In this document: positions 36,248-47,795 of the stretch, one piece after another
How positions within the stretch are numbered: position 1 is the first letter of the stretch
How the letters are laid out: each line of letters starts with the position of its first letter
Origin: Vicugna vicugna
Taxonomy: Eukaryota
Reading direction: 5' to 3'
DNA: 64,000 nucleotides
Assembly: GCA_013265495.1 (NCBI GenBank)
Contig: MU058669.1
Coordinates: 62,001-126,000, forward strand
Program-made: the position numbers and the translations under genes
Notes under the pieces: generated by a model
What the model was told of the DNA's origin: nothing
What the model saw: only the letters and a program-made list of their open reading frames with translations
Databases searched by the model: none

Positions 36248-36940
36248 TGTATTAGTCAGGATTCTCCAGTGAAACAGAACCAGAGGAGGTATATGTATAT
36301 ATACACACATATAAATGATAATGAGAAAGAGAGAGAAAGACTGAGATTTGAAGGAATTGGCTCAGGAGATTGAAAATGCAGGTAGGAGCTGGTGTTGGTG
36401 TCATCTTGAGTCTGGAAGCTAGAAACTCAAGCAGAATTCCTTCTTTGGGAAACTTCAGAGTTTCCTCTTACGGCCTTCAAATGATTGGATGAGACCCACC
36501 CTCATTATGGAAGGAGTAATCTGCTTTACTCAAAGTCTCCTGAATTAAACGTCAATTGTATCTAAAAAATACTTCCACAGCAACCTCTAGGCTGGTGTTT
36601 GACCAAACGACTGGGTACCACAGGCTAGCCAGATTGACACATAAAATTAACCATCACAAAGGACAAAAATTATCTGATTCCACTTATATGAGGTTCCTAG
36701 AGTAGTCAAATTCATAGAGACAGGAAGCAGAATGGTGGTTACCAGGGGCTGAGGGGAAGGAGGAGTGGGGAGTTATTAATAGGTACAGAGTTTCAGTTTG
36801 GATAGTGAAAATGTTCTGGAGATGGATGGTGGTGATGGCTGCACAAAAATGTGAATGTATTTAGTGGCACTGAATAGTTAAAATGGTAAATTTCATGTTG
36901 TGTGTATTTTAGCACGATTAAAATAAAATTACCCATCACA
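36248..36940. mobile_element. MLT2 (ERVL) LTR with an L1 insertion at its terminus
   Basis: Begins 'tgtattagtcaggattctccagtgaaacagaacca', ends 'gacacataaaattaaccatcaca', which are typical MLT2 termini. Confidence 0.85.
36659..36923 (+). mobile_element. L1MB-like 3' end
   Basis: 'gattccacttatatgaggttcctagagtagtcaaattcatagagacag...aaaatggtaaatttcatgttg'; TSD taaaattaaccatcaca (36642-36658) / taaaattacccatcaca (36924-36940). Confidence 0.88.
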
Positions 36941-37620
36941 GGCAGGAAGGACTTGTAGCAGCAAAGGGTGATGGGAAAGCAAAGCCCCTTGTGAACTCAT
37001 TCAGTTTTTCACCCACCAGATATTTGATGTTAAGCCTGCACGTGCCAGCACTGTACTAGGGTGGGGGAGACAGCGATGACAAAGGACCTGCTGCTAAGTG
37101 CCACAATGGTGCTAAGCCCTTTACATTCTTTATCTCATCTCGTGATCACGTAGTGCCCCTAAGGGAAGCTCAATAGCCCCATTTTACAGATGAAGAGGCT
37201 GAGGCCCCAAGTGGTGCTGTGATTTGCTCAAGGTCACACCAGAACCCAGTGGCAGAGTGAGGGGGCTAAAATCCAGATTTGTCTAGTGACCAAATCATTC
37301 GTGGGGGCAATGGCTGGAAAAATTAGAATAGAATCCTTTTTATCCCAAGAAATTTGGTGGTGAAATAAATAAATTTGGTGGAGAAAGATGAAGTGGTAAC
37401 TTGAAGGAGAAAAAGAACCGGAGAGGGTATTCTTTTGAGAAGGGGGAAAACTGGAGAAATTTAGGGACCTTGTGGGAAGAGCTTGCAGCAGGAGAAAGAA
37501 AGGACAGGGTCGGTGACTGAGTGGGGCACAGTTGAAAGGAAAATGGTAGAACATGAAGAAGCAGGGAAGTCCTGAAAAGAGGCACGGGGCAGTGGCAGCC
37601 CCTTTGGGCCAAGACCTCTC

Positions 37621-38181
37621 TGAAACAGAGCAGGACTCTGTGGGATCCTCCCTGGTACAAATCCTTTCCGTGTCCCCCATTTCTTGTTGGTAGGAAATAG
37701 GCTTCATTCAGCCTCTTTGACCTTCCCTGAGTTCCAAAGAACAGATTCAAACAGTTGCTAATCAGGGAAGGGAGGGAGTGCTGAGACAAGGGAGAAACAG
37801 TCAAGAAACAATGGTGCAGCCTTGGAGCAGGGTCCTGGTTCCTCCTCAAGGAATATACACAGCAGTATCTTTGGGTTCTTCTGCAGGAACTAAGGCCCCC
37901 ACCCAAGGGGAGGATTGCAACTGCAGGTTTAGCACAAGGTTCCTGGAGCACCGCCCTGTTACCTCCCCACCAACCAATCAGAAGAAAGTCACACACCCTG
38001 CAGCCCTCACCCCAAATTTTGTCTATAAAACCTTTTCCCTGGAAACCATCGGGGAGTTCGGGGTTTTTGAGCATGAGCCACCTGCTCTCCTTGCTCGGCC
38101 CTGCAGTAAACCTTCCTCTGCTCCAAACTGCAATGTTTCAGTTTGCTGGGCAATGGGCACAAGAACTTTTGTTTGGTAACA
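37621..38181 (+). mobile_element. ERV1-class solo LTR (561 bp)
   Basis: TG...CA ends (tgaaacag...ggtaaca), 4-bp TSD tctc (37617-20 / 38182-85), CCAAT ~37974, TATAAAA ~38024, AGTAAA ~38105. Confidence 0.9.
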
Positions 38182-38601
38182 TCTCCTCAGTCAGAAAGGA
38201 GCCCAGGGTCCCAGTGCAGAGTAGGGTTGAGGAGCAGGGGACCCAGGAACGGGGCACAGGAGGAACAGGGTAGGAGCATGTGCTCCAGAGTCAAAGGAAT
38301 ATAGACTCAGAGTTGAAGTCACAGCTCTGGCTGATTAGCCATGCAGCCTTGGGCAACCCACTTAAGCTCCCCAGACCTCAGTTTTATCCCCCAATCGATG
38401 GAGAGGGTCACAGGTCATGGGTTATTGTGAGCATTAAGAAGATACTGCATGGAACCATGCAACGTGCCAGCCCACAGTGGGTACCTGGGTCAATGGGAGA
38501 GGAGAAACAGGATGTTCGGGCAGCTGAGAGAGCCTGGCTTAAGTGTTGAGAACACTCCAGTCAGCCCAGACTGGCATCTTCCCCCATCTTGGCTGTCAAG
38601 G

Positions 38602-39245
38602 TGAGACAGGAAGGAAGGGGACAGGGCACAGCTATTCAAGGAGTGACAGCAATTAACACCAAAATGGTGGAAGATTCAACTCCCAGTAGACTTTGAGGCT
38701 CAAGATGGCAGGAGACCTGAGCTTCATTATACGCTTATTGTAATACATCAGCATGGTAAATGACACTCCCACAGGCACCATGACAGCTTCCAGGTTGACC
38801 ATAAAAGGTCAAAGAGTGGGTGGGGGCTCAGTTCCTGGGAATCCCAGCCCCTTCCCCAGGGTAGTTGGAATGGTCCTCCCACTTGTTGGCATGTGAAGCT
38901 ACCGAGCCCATAAAAACTGGCAACACTGAGCCTCATGGCTGCCTCTGGCTCCCTGTCTTCAGAGACAGCCCACATTCTTGTCTATGGAGCGTGTGCCTGC
39001 TTTTACTTTAACCTGAGCATCCAACCCCCCACACCTTGAGGCCTTTCTCTTGCCTTCTGAAACAGCCAACACTCTATTAGTTTGTATCTCTTTAAATAAA
39101 TCTATCTTCATTCAACTGTGGCTCGCTGTTGAATTCTTTCCTGCGCAAAGCCAAGGACCCACACTTGGCGGGGCACGTCCCAGGGGCACAACTGAGACCT
39201 GGGACATGCCCCTTCTCCCGCCCCAAGTTCGTTTTTCCTGCATCA
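38602..39245 (+). mobile_element. ERV1-class solo LTR (644 bp), different family
   Basis: TG...CA ends (tgagacag...cctgcatca), 4-bp TSD aagg (38598-601 / 39246-49), CATAAAAA ~38909, AATAAA 39095-39100. Confidence 0.9.
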
Positions 39246-39839
39246 AAGGAACCATGTCGGGTGGAGCAGGCTTAACCAGCACGATGACTGGCAAGAAAAG
39301 TGTTTCTGCTTGTGCTTGGAGCCAATTCAGTCCACCTCAGATCCACACCGTATGGTTGGCACGTAATAGGTACCTGAGGTGGAACGAACAAAACATTAAG
39401 CTCTGCTGTTGAGTAGCTGTGTGTTCCTGGGCAAGTCTCTTAGCTTCTCTGAGCCTCAGGTTCCCCATTCATTAAAATGGGGATTACAACCCTAGCCCCA
39501 AACTCTCAACAGTGAATATCTCAGAGAGGAGGGTGAGAGGCACATGGGAAGAATTTCACTTTCTAAATCTTACCCTTCAGAATCAAGTGGAAAACTGTGA
39601 TCTGCAAAGATCATTCTGCTGTGGGAAAAAAAAATCACTCAACTGTATTTCCTGCCTACTTTAAGCATGTGCGAATGGGATAATGGGTGAGAAAGTCCTT
39701 TCTGACATGAAAATTTTGGAATAAATGACAGAAAATATCAGCATTATCACTGGCAGAGCACTTTCTTGCCTTTGCAAAGAGGTTTTTGAGATTTCCAGGA
39801 TCGGACCTCACCCTTCCTCCTAGCTGCTTATTACATCTT

Positions 39840-40205
39840 TCAACTCATTCAACAAATGTGTATTGAGGGCCTACTGTGTGCCAGGCCCTTGTACTAGGTG
39901 CTGGTGAGAGAGGAGTGAGCAAAGTAGAGAAAGCATCCTGTCCCACGGACTCACACGTGACGGGGGAGAACAAGCAAGCAAGCGACTACCATGCGAGGCG
40001 GTGGTAAGTACTGTTATAAATATATGAGGGCACAGAGTCAAAGAGGATTCTAATTTAGATTGGGCAGGCAGGGAAGGCTTCCCTGAGGAGGTGACATTTG
40101 ACCAGAGCCTTAAGTGAAATGAGAGAGCTAAAACAAAGGAATATCTTGGAGAATAATCCAGGCAGAGAGAACCCCAAGGGCAAAGCTCTGGAGGTGGGAA
40201 CTCAC
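39840..40205 (-). mobile_element. L2 3' end
   Basis: 'tcattcaacaaatgtgtattgagggcctactgtgtgccaggccc...gggaaggcttccctgaggaggtgacatttga'. Confidence 0.85.
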
Positions 40206-40247
40206 TAGGCAGACACCATTCATGCACCTGACCTTCAGCTGCACTCT

Positions 40248-40560
40248 CATCCATCCACCCATCCATCCATCTACCAATTCACCTGTCCATTCATTCTGTT
40301 TACCTGCCTATCCATTCATCTGTATATCCATTCATCCACCTAACCACCCACCTATTCACTTGTCCATTCATTCTATTTGCCTATGCATGCATCTAGCTAT
40401 CCATCCATCCATCCATCCATTCACCTTTTGCATCCATCCTTCCATGTATTATCCATCCATCTATTCATCTATCTATCCATCCACTCATTCACCTCTGCCA
40501 TCTGTTCATTCATGTATCTGTTATCTATTCATCTATCCACCCATCCACCCATCCATCCAT
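40248..40560. repeat. Degenerate (CCAT)n tetranucleotide repeat
   Basis: Repeated ccat/tcat/ctat units. Confidence 0.92.
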
Positions 40561-40974
40561 ACAACATGTACCGGACATGTTATCATTCAGTCATGGGGTG
40601 GCACGGAGAAGACTTTGTGAAGAATTAAACACCACCTCTCTTGATGTGGAGAGAAAGCGGCAAACTGCTAGTGTAGTTGAGAGTGAGTCCTTCATCACTC
40701 ACCATGCACTTTGGCTACAGAGGCTCTCTCAGCATTTCCCCACTTTCATAGTTTTAGGAAATCTCGCTTGGGTTTCACACGTCAAGTCTCAGCCACCTTC
40801 TCCATGAGAAGGTTTCTGGCCCTGCCTCTCAAAATTCACTATCCTTTCTACGCTGGATCTTCATTCTGTACTATAATGATCCATCCTCTTTGGAGTTCCT
40901 TGTATAAATTTGAGTCTCTACCACTGGCTCATGAACTCCTTAAGATCAGGATGAAAAATCCATCAGGCAATAGG

Positions 40975-41545
40975 TTACCATTTATTGAATATGTAACCAC
41001 ATGTTTGTCACTGTGCAAAGCATATTTTTAATATTTTATCTTATTTATGACTCAAAACACACAGAAGGGGTCCTGCCCTCGTAGGAGGGACTTGCTATAT
41101 TACCCTCATTTTATAATGAGGAAACACTGAGGCAGAGAGAATTAAAGTGACTTGTCCGTGCCACAAGCTAGTAAGTGGCCAAGCTGGGACCTAAATCCCA
41201 GCCTTTCCAACTGCAAAGCCCGCCTCTTAAACACTGCACGGCTTACTGCCTTGGTCAGACCCTGCCGCCCACCCCTGCCTGTGCACGAAGTGAACAGAAG
41301 GAGGAACGGAGTTCCTGGCTCTAACAGCAGACTGCCTGGTTTGAATCGCACCTTCACTGCTGAGATTCACATTTTGTGATCTTGGCCCTGGTTGAGTCAA
41401 TTCGCCTCTCTATGTTTCAGTGGCTTCATCTGTAAAACTGAGGTAATCACAGTACCCATCTCACAGGTCTATTGCAGCTTAAAATGAGGATTCACATTAA
41501 AAGGTAGGTGAGTGCCTGGCACCTGGGAAGCAACCCACCAAAGTT
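40975..41545. mobile_element. Two MIR copies in opposite orientation (- at ~40975-41240, + at ~41315-41545)
   Basis: 'ctgaggcagagagaattaaagtgacttgtcc' and 'cagactgcctggtttgaatc...catctgtaaaactgagg'. Confidence 0.75.
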
Positions 41546-41574
41546 AGCAATGCATCTTATCTAATAAAGATTGC

Positions 41575-41756
41575 CATAAACAACAAGTTCATACTGTATA
41601 GCACAGGGAACTATATTCAATATCTTATAGTAACATGGTGAAAAAAATATGAAAACAAATATATGTATGTTCATGTGTGACTGAAGCATTATGCTGCACA
41701 CCAGAAATTGACACAGCATTGTAAACTGATTATATTTCAATAAAAAATATATATAC
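41575..41756 (+). mobile_element. Short, lineage-specific L1 3' end
   Basis: 'aacaacaagttcatactgtatagcacagggaactatattcaatatc...gactgaagcattatgctgcacaccagaaattgacac'; TSD aagattgc (41567-74 / 41757-64); closely similar to the 51.5-52.1 kb copy. Confidence 0.9.
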
Positions 41757-41944
41757 AAGATTGCAATCTTAGTTCCTTCACAGTTTGACCTCTTTGTTTT
41801 TTCCCAATTTGCCTATGGTGTTTCATCATCCTTACTTGGCACACTTTGATAGAGGCAGTTCCTACAGGCGCCAGAAGCTTTGCCTTTGGAACTTTTAAAC
41901 TAGGCTGGGAGCCTGCAAGAAGAGGCACAGATTTAAACAGGAGC

Positions 41945-42290
41945 ATAGAGTGACTCACCCGGGCGGGGTGGAGGAGCAGGAGCCCCCTGCCATCAGCCCT
42001 GGCTGGGAGGGGAGCGGGCTGAGCGGGCTCAGGCTGCACCGACCTGCCCCTCCCCGGGGACCCGCGCCCGTCGGAACTTCAGGCCTTCCAGGGCCTCCCC
42101 GTAAATCACCCTGGATGATTTATAGGGAGACGCCCAGTCCGCTAATCCAGTAAACAGGATAAGCAGGGTCCAGCCGGATTTATGGGCTGCCAGAAGGGCC
42201 TTTGCCGGAGGAGATGTGCGCACGGTGACCCCTCTCCTGACCGCTGGCCTGCGGTGCCCTGAGGGCAGGGGTCACGCCGCCTGGGTCCCA
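41945..42290. promoter_or_regulatory. CpG-rich candidate developmental enhancer
   Basis: AP-1 TGACTCA 41951, inverted PBX-HOX pair 42099-42123, TAATCC, GTAAACA, GATAAG, TTTATGG. Confidence 0.55.
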
Positions 42291-43111
42291 GGCTCACTCT
42301 GCTCCTTCAGCTGCTGTTAGCGATGCTGGGCCGGTGCTGTTCCCTCTCTGGGCTCCAGGTCCCCCAGGCCCAGGTGTTCAATGGGCAGTTGGCACGCAGT
42401 CAGCATGTGGGGAAGCTAAAGAAATTGTAAGTGAGGTCCTGGTGTCCCACGGTGGGGACAGGCTTTGGAGCACAGGGATGCAGCCTGCAGGGGCCAGAGC
42501 CAGGCTGGCCTGCGTTCAGATTCCTACTCCCTAACTGAGCCTTCTCTGAGCCTTAGTTCCCTCACGTGTAAAATGGCAATAATACTAACACATTTTTCAC
42601 AGAGTTGATATTATAATAATAGGATGAGAGAATGCATGTAGTGCTCACACAGCAACTGGTAACGGGTCCACAAGTATTAACTAAATACAATTATTATCTC
42701 ATGGATAATTGCATTGAGAGTATATTACAGAGATGCTCACACAGAGAGTACCAGCCTGAGGGCGCGTGTTACAACTCTGTTGTGTTAGACGGAACTGTAT
42801 GTCCCTCAAAGGGCAGAGGACGGGGACCATGAGGGCTCAGCAGAAGCTGATATGACAGACGCAGACCCAAGATTCACATGGCGACATGGCTGGGTCTTGA
42901 AAGGAGAGTGAAAAAAAGACACAGCACCCATACAGATTCAGTGCCACTCCTATGAAGATCTCAACAGTATTTTTTTTTTTTGCAGAAAGAGAAAAGCCCA
43001 CCTTGAAGTTCATATGAAATTTCAAAGGATCCCAAACAGCCAAAAACAATCTTGAGGAAGAAGAACAAAGTTGGAGGTCTCTCACTTCCTGATTTCAAAA
43101 CATACAACAGC

Positions 43112-43265
43112 GAGAGGGTGTAGCTCACGTGGTGGAGCACATGCTTAGTGTGCAGGAGGTCCTGGGTTTGATCCCCACTACCCCCTTCAAAAATAAATGA
43201 ACCTAATCACCTCCCCCTAAATAAAATAACTAAATACTACAATATAAATTAATTATTTTTTAAAA
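43112..43265 (+). mobile_element. vic-1 type SINE
   Basis: 'gagagggtgtagctcacgtggtggagcacatgcttagtgtgcaggaggtcctgggtttgatcccc...aacctaatcacctcccc'. Confidence 0.88.
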
Positions 43266-43605
43266 AAATATACTATGAAGCCACGGTAATCAAGAACAGT
43301 TGTGGTAATGGCAGAAAGATAGTCATAGAAACCCATGGAAAAGAAAAGAGGTCCCAGAAACAAACGCTCACATATATGGGATTAACTGATTTTCCAAGGG
43401 TGTCAAGACCATTCAATGGGAAAAGGATAGTCTTTTCAACACATGGTGCTGGGAGACTGGAGCGCCACATGCCACAGAATGAAGTTGCACCCTTACCTCA
43501 CACCACATACAAAAATCAACTCCAAATGGATCAAAGACCTAATCTTAAGAGCTAAAACTACAAAACTCCTGGGAGAATATACAGGGGGAAATTTTCGTGG
43601 CAATT

Positions 43606-43754
43606 CTTTCTTCTTCTTTTTTTTTTTTTTTTTGGAGGCGGGGGAAGAGGCAGGTAATTAGGTTTATTTATTTATTTAATGGCAGTACTGAGGATTCAAC
43701 CCAGGACCTCGTGTAGGCTAAGCACGCACTCTGCCACTGAGCTATACCTCCCCC
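43606..43754 (-). mobile_element. vic-1 type SINE
   Basis: SINE body reversed; TSD cgtggcaatt (43596-605 / 43755-64). Confidence 0.92.
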
Positions 43755-44144
43755 CGTGGCAATTATTTCTTAAATACAACACTAAAAGCACAGATTATGC
43801 ACACACACAAAAAAGGTAAGTTGGAATTTATCAAAATTAAAAACTTTCATACATCAAAGTACACTATCAAGAGAGTGAAAAGAAAACCCGCCAGGTGGAA
43901 GAAATATTTGCACATCCTATATCTGATAAGGGATTAATATCTGGAATATGTAAAGGATTTCTACACAACAACAACAAAAAATCAAATAGCCCAATTAAGA
44001 AATAGGCAAAGGACTTGAAAGACGTTTCTCCAAAGATGATGTACAAATGGCTAATAAGCATATGGAAACATGCTCAACATCATTAGTCATCAGGGAAATG
44101 CAAATCAAAATCACAATGAGATATGACACCCACTAGAATGGCTG

Positions 44145-44285
44145 TTTTTTTATTATTTTATTCTTTTTTGGAGGGAGGCGGTAATTCGGTTTATTTATTC
44201 TTTTAATGGAGGTATTGGGGATTGAACCCAGGACCTCATACATGCTAAGCATGCACTCTGCCACTGAGCTATACCCTCCCTGCCT
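44145..44285 (-). mobile_element. vic-1 type SINE
   Basis: SINE body reversed; TSD ctagaatggctg (44133-44) / ctaggatggcta (44286-97). Confidence 0.92.
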
Positions 44286-44619
44286 CTAGGATGGCTATTT
44301 TTTAAAAACCAAAGCCAAAACAAATGAAACCAGGAAAACAGCAAGTGTTGACAAAGATGTGGAGAAATGAGAACCCTCCTGCATTGCTGGTGGGAGAGTA
44401 AAATGGTGCAGCTACTGTGGAAAATTGTTTCCTCAAAAGTTCAACATAGAATTACAATACAACCAGCAATTCTACTCCTACATACACGCCCAAAACAATT
44501 GAAAAGAGGAACAAACAGATACTCGTATACCAATGCTCATAGCAGCATTATTCACAACAGCCAAAACATGGAAGCAAAGCAAGTATCCATTAGCAGATGA
44601 ATGGATAAACAAAAGGTGG

Positions 44620-44622
<3 letters not shown>

Positions 44623-44668
<46 letters not shown>
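44623..44668. repeat. (AC)23 microsatellite
   Basis: Perfect dinucleotide run inside the L1 3' UTR. Confidence 0.95.
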
Positions 44669-44671
<3 letters not shown>

Positions 44672-45906
44672 AATATTATTCAGTCATGAAAAGGAATGAA
44701 GTTCTGATACATGCTAAACTATGGGTGAGCCTTGAAAACATGCTCGGTGAAAAAAACTGGACACAAAAGGACACCTATTGCATGATTCCACTTATATGAG
44801 CTGTCTAGAATAGGGAAATTCATAGAGACAGAAAATAGGATAGTGGTTATCAGGGGTGGGGGTAGGGGAGAATGTGGGATTTTGCTCAGGAAGGCAGTTT
44901 CCTTGGGGTGATAGGAAAGTTTTGAAGATGGATAGTAGTGATGGATACACAACATCATGAATGCACATAATGTCACTGAATCTTACGCTTAAAAATGGAT
45001 GAAATATTAAACTTTATGTTATCTCTCTTTTGCCACAATAAACACACACAGGCACAAAACAACCATTTATACGCATGTTTCATTTTTTAAAAAGAGTACA
45101 ATAAACCAATAGAACACTTGCCTTTGTATGTGCAGTGCGTGTGTGTATGTGTGTGTGTGTATAGGATAGGAATGGGCTACGCAGATAAAAAGGAATACAG
45201 AGAACAAATATGTAAATGGTGGTAATACGTCATGAACGCAGGAGGGTAGTTAAGTTGATGTTTTGAATTTGAGGTCTAAAAAACAAACATGCCAACTCAT
45301 CCTGGAGACAGAACAATGGAGAATAAAGGCCAAAATACCAGCCCCCCAAGTGGACATACAGGTATTCTTCTTAGTTTATGTTTGAAATTTTCATAATAAA
45401 AGTTAAAATAGTAAACCTTCAGGGCTGCCAGGAAGCCAGGGGACCTGGGGTCACATCTACTCACTTATTCACTCAGGATATTTAGAAAGAGTATAGGAGA
45501 CTTTGATCCAGAGTTTTCTTGTCAGGAAAATGGGTCTAGTAACACTGCATGCCAAGCGCAGGGTGCCAAGTTTACATTTTGTTTTTACACATGGATGCTC
45601 TGTGCCCTCCAGAGGCTGTGGCCAGGAAGCCACCGAGGAAAAGTCCATGGTGAACTGCCCCAGGCCGAGAAGAGGTTTAGATGTTTGAAAGGGCAGAGGG
45701 CCCCGTGGGCTACACCTTTCCTGGTGGGCTTCATGGAGGTGGTGGTGGTAGGGCACACTTTGGCCTTGAGGGCACAAAGTGGGCAGGTGGAGAGGAGGAG
45801 AAGGACAAACAGGAGCTAAACACTTGGCAGCTGGAATAAAAATCACAGATGAGGGCAAAGAAAGAGCAGGACCAGGAAGAAGGAAGGAAGAGGAGAAGGG
45901 AGGCAG

Positions 45907-46190
45907 TATGTGTGTGTTTGTGGGTGAGTGTATGCATGTGTGTATGTGTATATATGTGTATGTACGTGTGTATGTGTATGTGTGTGCCTATGTGTGTATA
46001 CATGCATGTGTATATGTGTGTGCACGTGTACTATGCGTGTGTATGTGCATACATGTGCATATGTATGTGTGTATATGTGTGCGTGCGTGTGTACTGTGTG
46101 TGCGTTTGTATGTATATATGCATATACATGTGCATGTGTATAAGTGTGTACATGTGTACTATGTGTTTGTGTGTGTGTGTGTATGTGTGT
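45907..46190. repeat. Degenerate (TG/TA)n low-complexity repeat
   Basis: About 280 bp of alternating tg/ta/ca units. Confidence 0.93.
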
Positions 46191-47242
46191 AGGCACGTGC
46201 ACAGGTACTCTGGCCACACTCAGAGGATCACGTAATTCAATGACACAGTCTCCACTTCTGAAAATGGATTCCAGGCCACTCCAAGCATATCCAGAAATCA
46301 CCCCGTGCTTCTCTGAGATGAAGCAGAACAGCAACAGGAGGCTAAATAAAGATGAGAGGGGAATCATTTTTCCTCTTTCCAGCACTGGCAACAGCTCACA
46401 ACTCTGCGGACGGACGGCAGGGTCTCACTCTCTATGAAACCCAGTGCCTGCCTCCCCCTGTCGACTCAGAGCTGAGACCAAACCCGCGGTCCCCAGAGTC
46501 ACACGGGGATCGTCTGCCACAGTTTCTGGTCCCCAGGGTGGGACAGAGCTTCAGCGCATTTCTCCTTGAGTCTTTTGACCAGATTTGTGGAGAGCTTTTC
46601 TTTTCTATTTTTTTTTTAAACCTGGAAACAAAATGTAGCTGAGGGGGAGAAAAGGTGTTGCTTAATTTCAAATTCAGTTCTGTTTTTCTAAGATTTGGTT
46701 CCCTAAAAAGTAAGATAAAACAAATATCTGTTTACCACATCTAGGCTTTCTAATTAGCTCCCCTGTGCCCTCCGCTTAAATTCAAACCACTTGTCTCCAC
46801 ATAAAATCCCCCCCGTTTCCTCCATTAACGCCCTTCTGAAGGGAGGGCCAGCCCACAGCTGGCAACCCCTGGCTTGTGGACTGCAATTCAAAGAAGGTGT
46901 GGTGGGGCTCGTGCAGAGGGAGTGTGGGAACCTGGCCACTTGGGAAGTCTACTTTTTGGGGTTGCAGAAGTCACCCACAGTGAGAAAGCCTCTGGGGAAC
47001 ACAGATGGAGACTCAAAGGGCCTCAGGCCCAGATCTGAGGGGCCACAGCAACTTCGGAGCAGTCCTGGAACAAGACGTCCGGTGCTCAGAGGGAAAAAAA
47101 TCCATTTCCACATTCTTCTGCCCCTGACACCCACTGGATGTTTATACATCCCTGGGAGAGGTTATCTGCTTTTGACTTGAGGCAGGCCCCAAACCAGGCC
47201 CCTGATGGGTGGACCCTGGGGGATGTTGTGAAAGATGGCTGG

Positions 47243-47244
<2 letters not shown>

Positions 47245-47288
<44 letters not shown>
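47245..47288. repeat. (GT)22 microsatellite
   Basis: Perfect dinucleotide run. Confidence 0.95.
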
Positions 47289-47290
<2 letters not shown>

Positions 47291-47653
47291 TGGAGGGTGG
47301 GGGTTCAGAAGAGAGGCTCTTGGACCCCAGGGACCCACAGAATCAGCTTTGTTGCTGGCCCTTCTCCGTCTACCCCTGCCAACGAATGAGGGGGTCTTCT
47401 CTTGGAGATGTCAAGGTTAGAGGGGCCCACCTCTGCCTTTGACTGGTTGTGTGACCTTGAACAAGCCATCTCCTTGTCCTAGGCCTGTTTCCCCAACTCT
47501 AAAAAGAGCCTGGTGGGTGATAGAGTTGAACCCGTGGTCCTCAGCATTTTGGAGACACTGGCCTTTTGACAGTCGGATGTCAGAGTGTCTCTCTAGGAAG
47601 GGCATTTCACAGGTGCAGATTCCAAATTTTACTTACACACTCAGGGATCCTTA

Positions 47654-47795
47654 GGGGAGGGTATAGCTTAAAGCGGTAGAACACATGCTTAGCTTGCACG
47701 AGGTCCTGGGTTCAATCCCCAGTCCCTCCTTTAAAAATAAAGAAATCAATAAACCTAATTAACTCCCTCTCCCCTCAAAAAAACTAAAAAAAGAA
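47654..47795 (+). mobile_element. vic-1 type SINE
   Basis: 'ggggagggtatagctt...cacatgcttagcttgcacgaggtcctgggttcaatccccag...aataaacctaatt'; imperfect TSD ending 'tcctta'. Confidence 0.9.

Larger units (their letters stand above)
42925..45042 (+). mobile_element. L1 (L1MB-like) ORF2 3' half + 3' UTR carrying three SINE insertions
   Basis: Peptide remnants MKLHPYLTPHTKINSKWIKDL (43443), [17 protein letters not shown] (44367), MLIAALFTTAKTWKQ (44533). Confidence 0.92.

Noticed and set aside
37340..38074. 244-aa ORF on the - strand
   Set aside because: Mostly antisense to an ERV solo LTR plus purine-rich flank; no gag/pol/env similarity.
37621..39245. A single deleted provirus with two LTRs
   Set aside because: The LTRs are dissimilar, each has its own TSD, and the spacer is MIR-like host sequence with no primer-binding site.
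40248..40560. Regularly repeating array (CRISPR-like or coding repeat)
   Set aside because: Degenerate (CCAT)n simple repeat in a mammalian genome; no repeat-spacer structure.
45731..46437. Stack of Cys/Val/His/Thr-rich ORFs
   Set aside because: Translation of the (TG/TA)n repeat.
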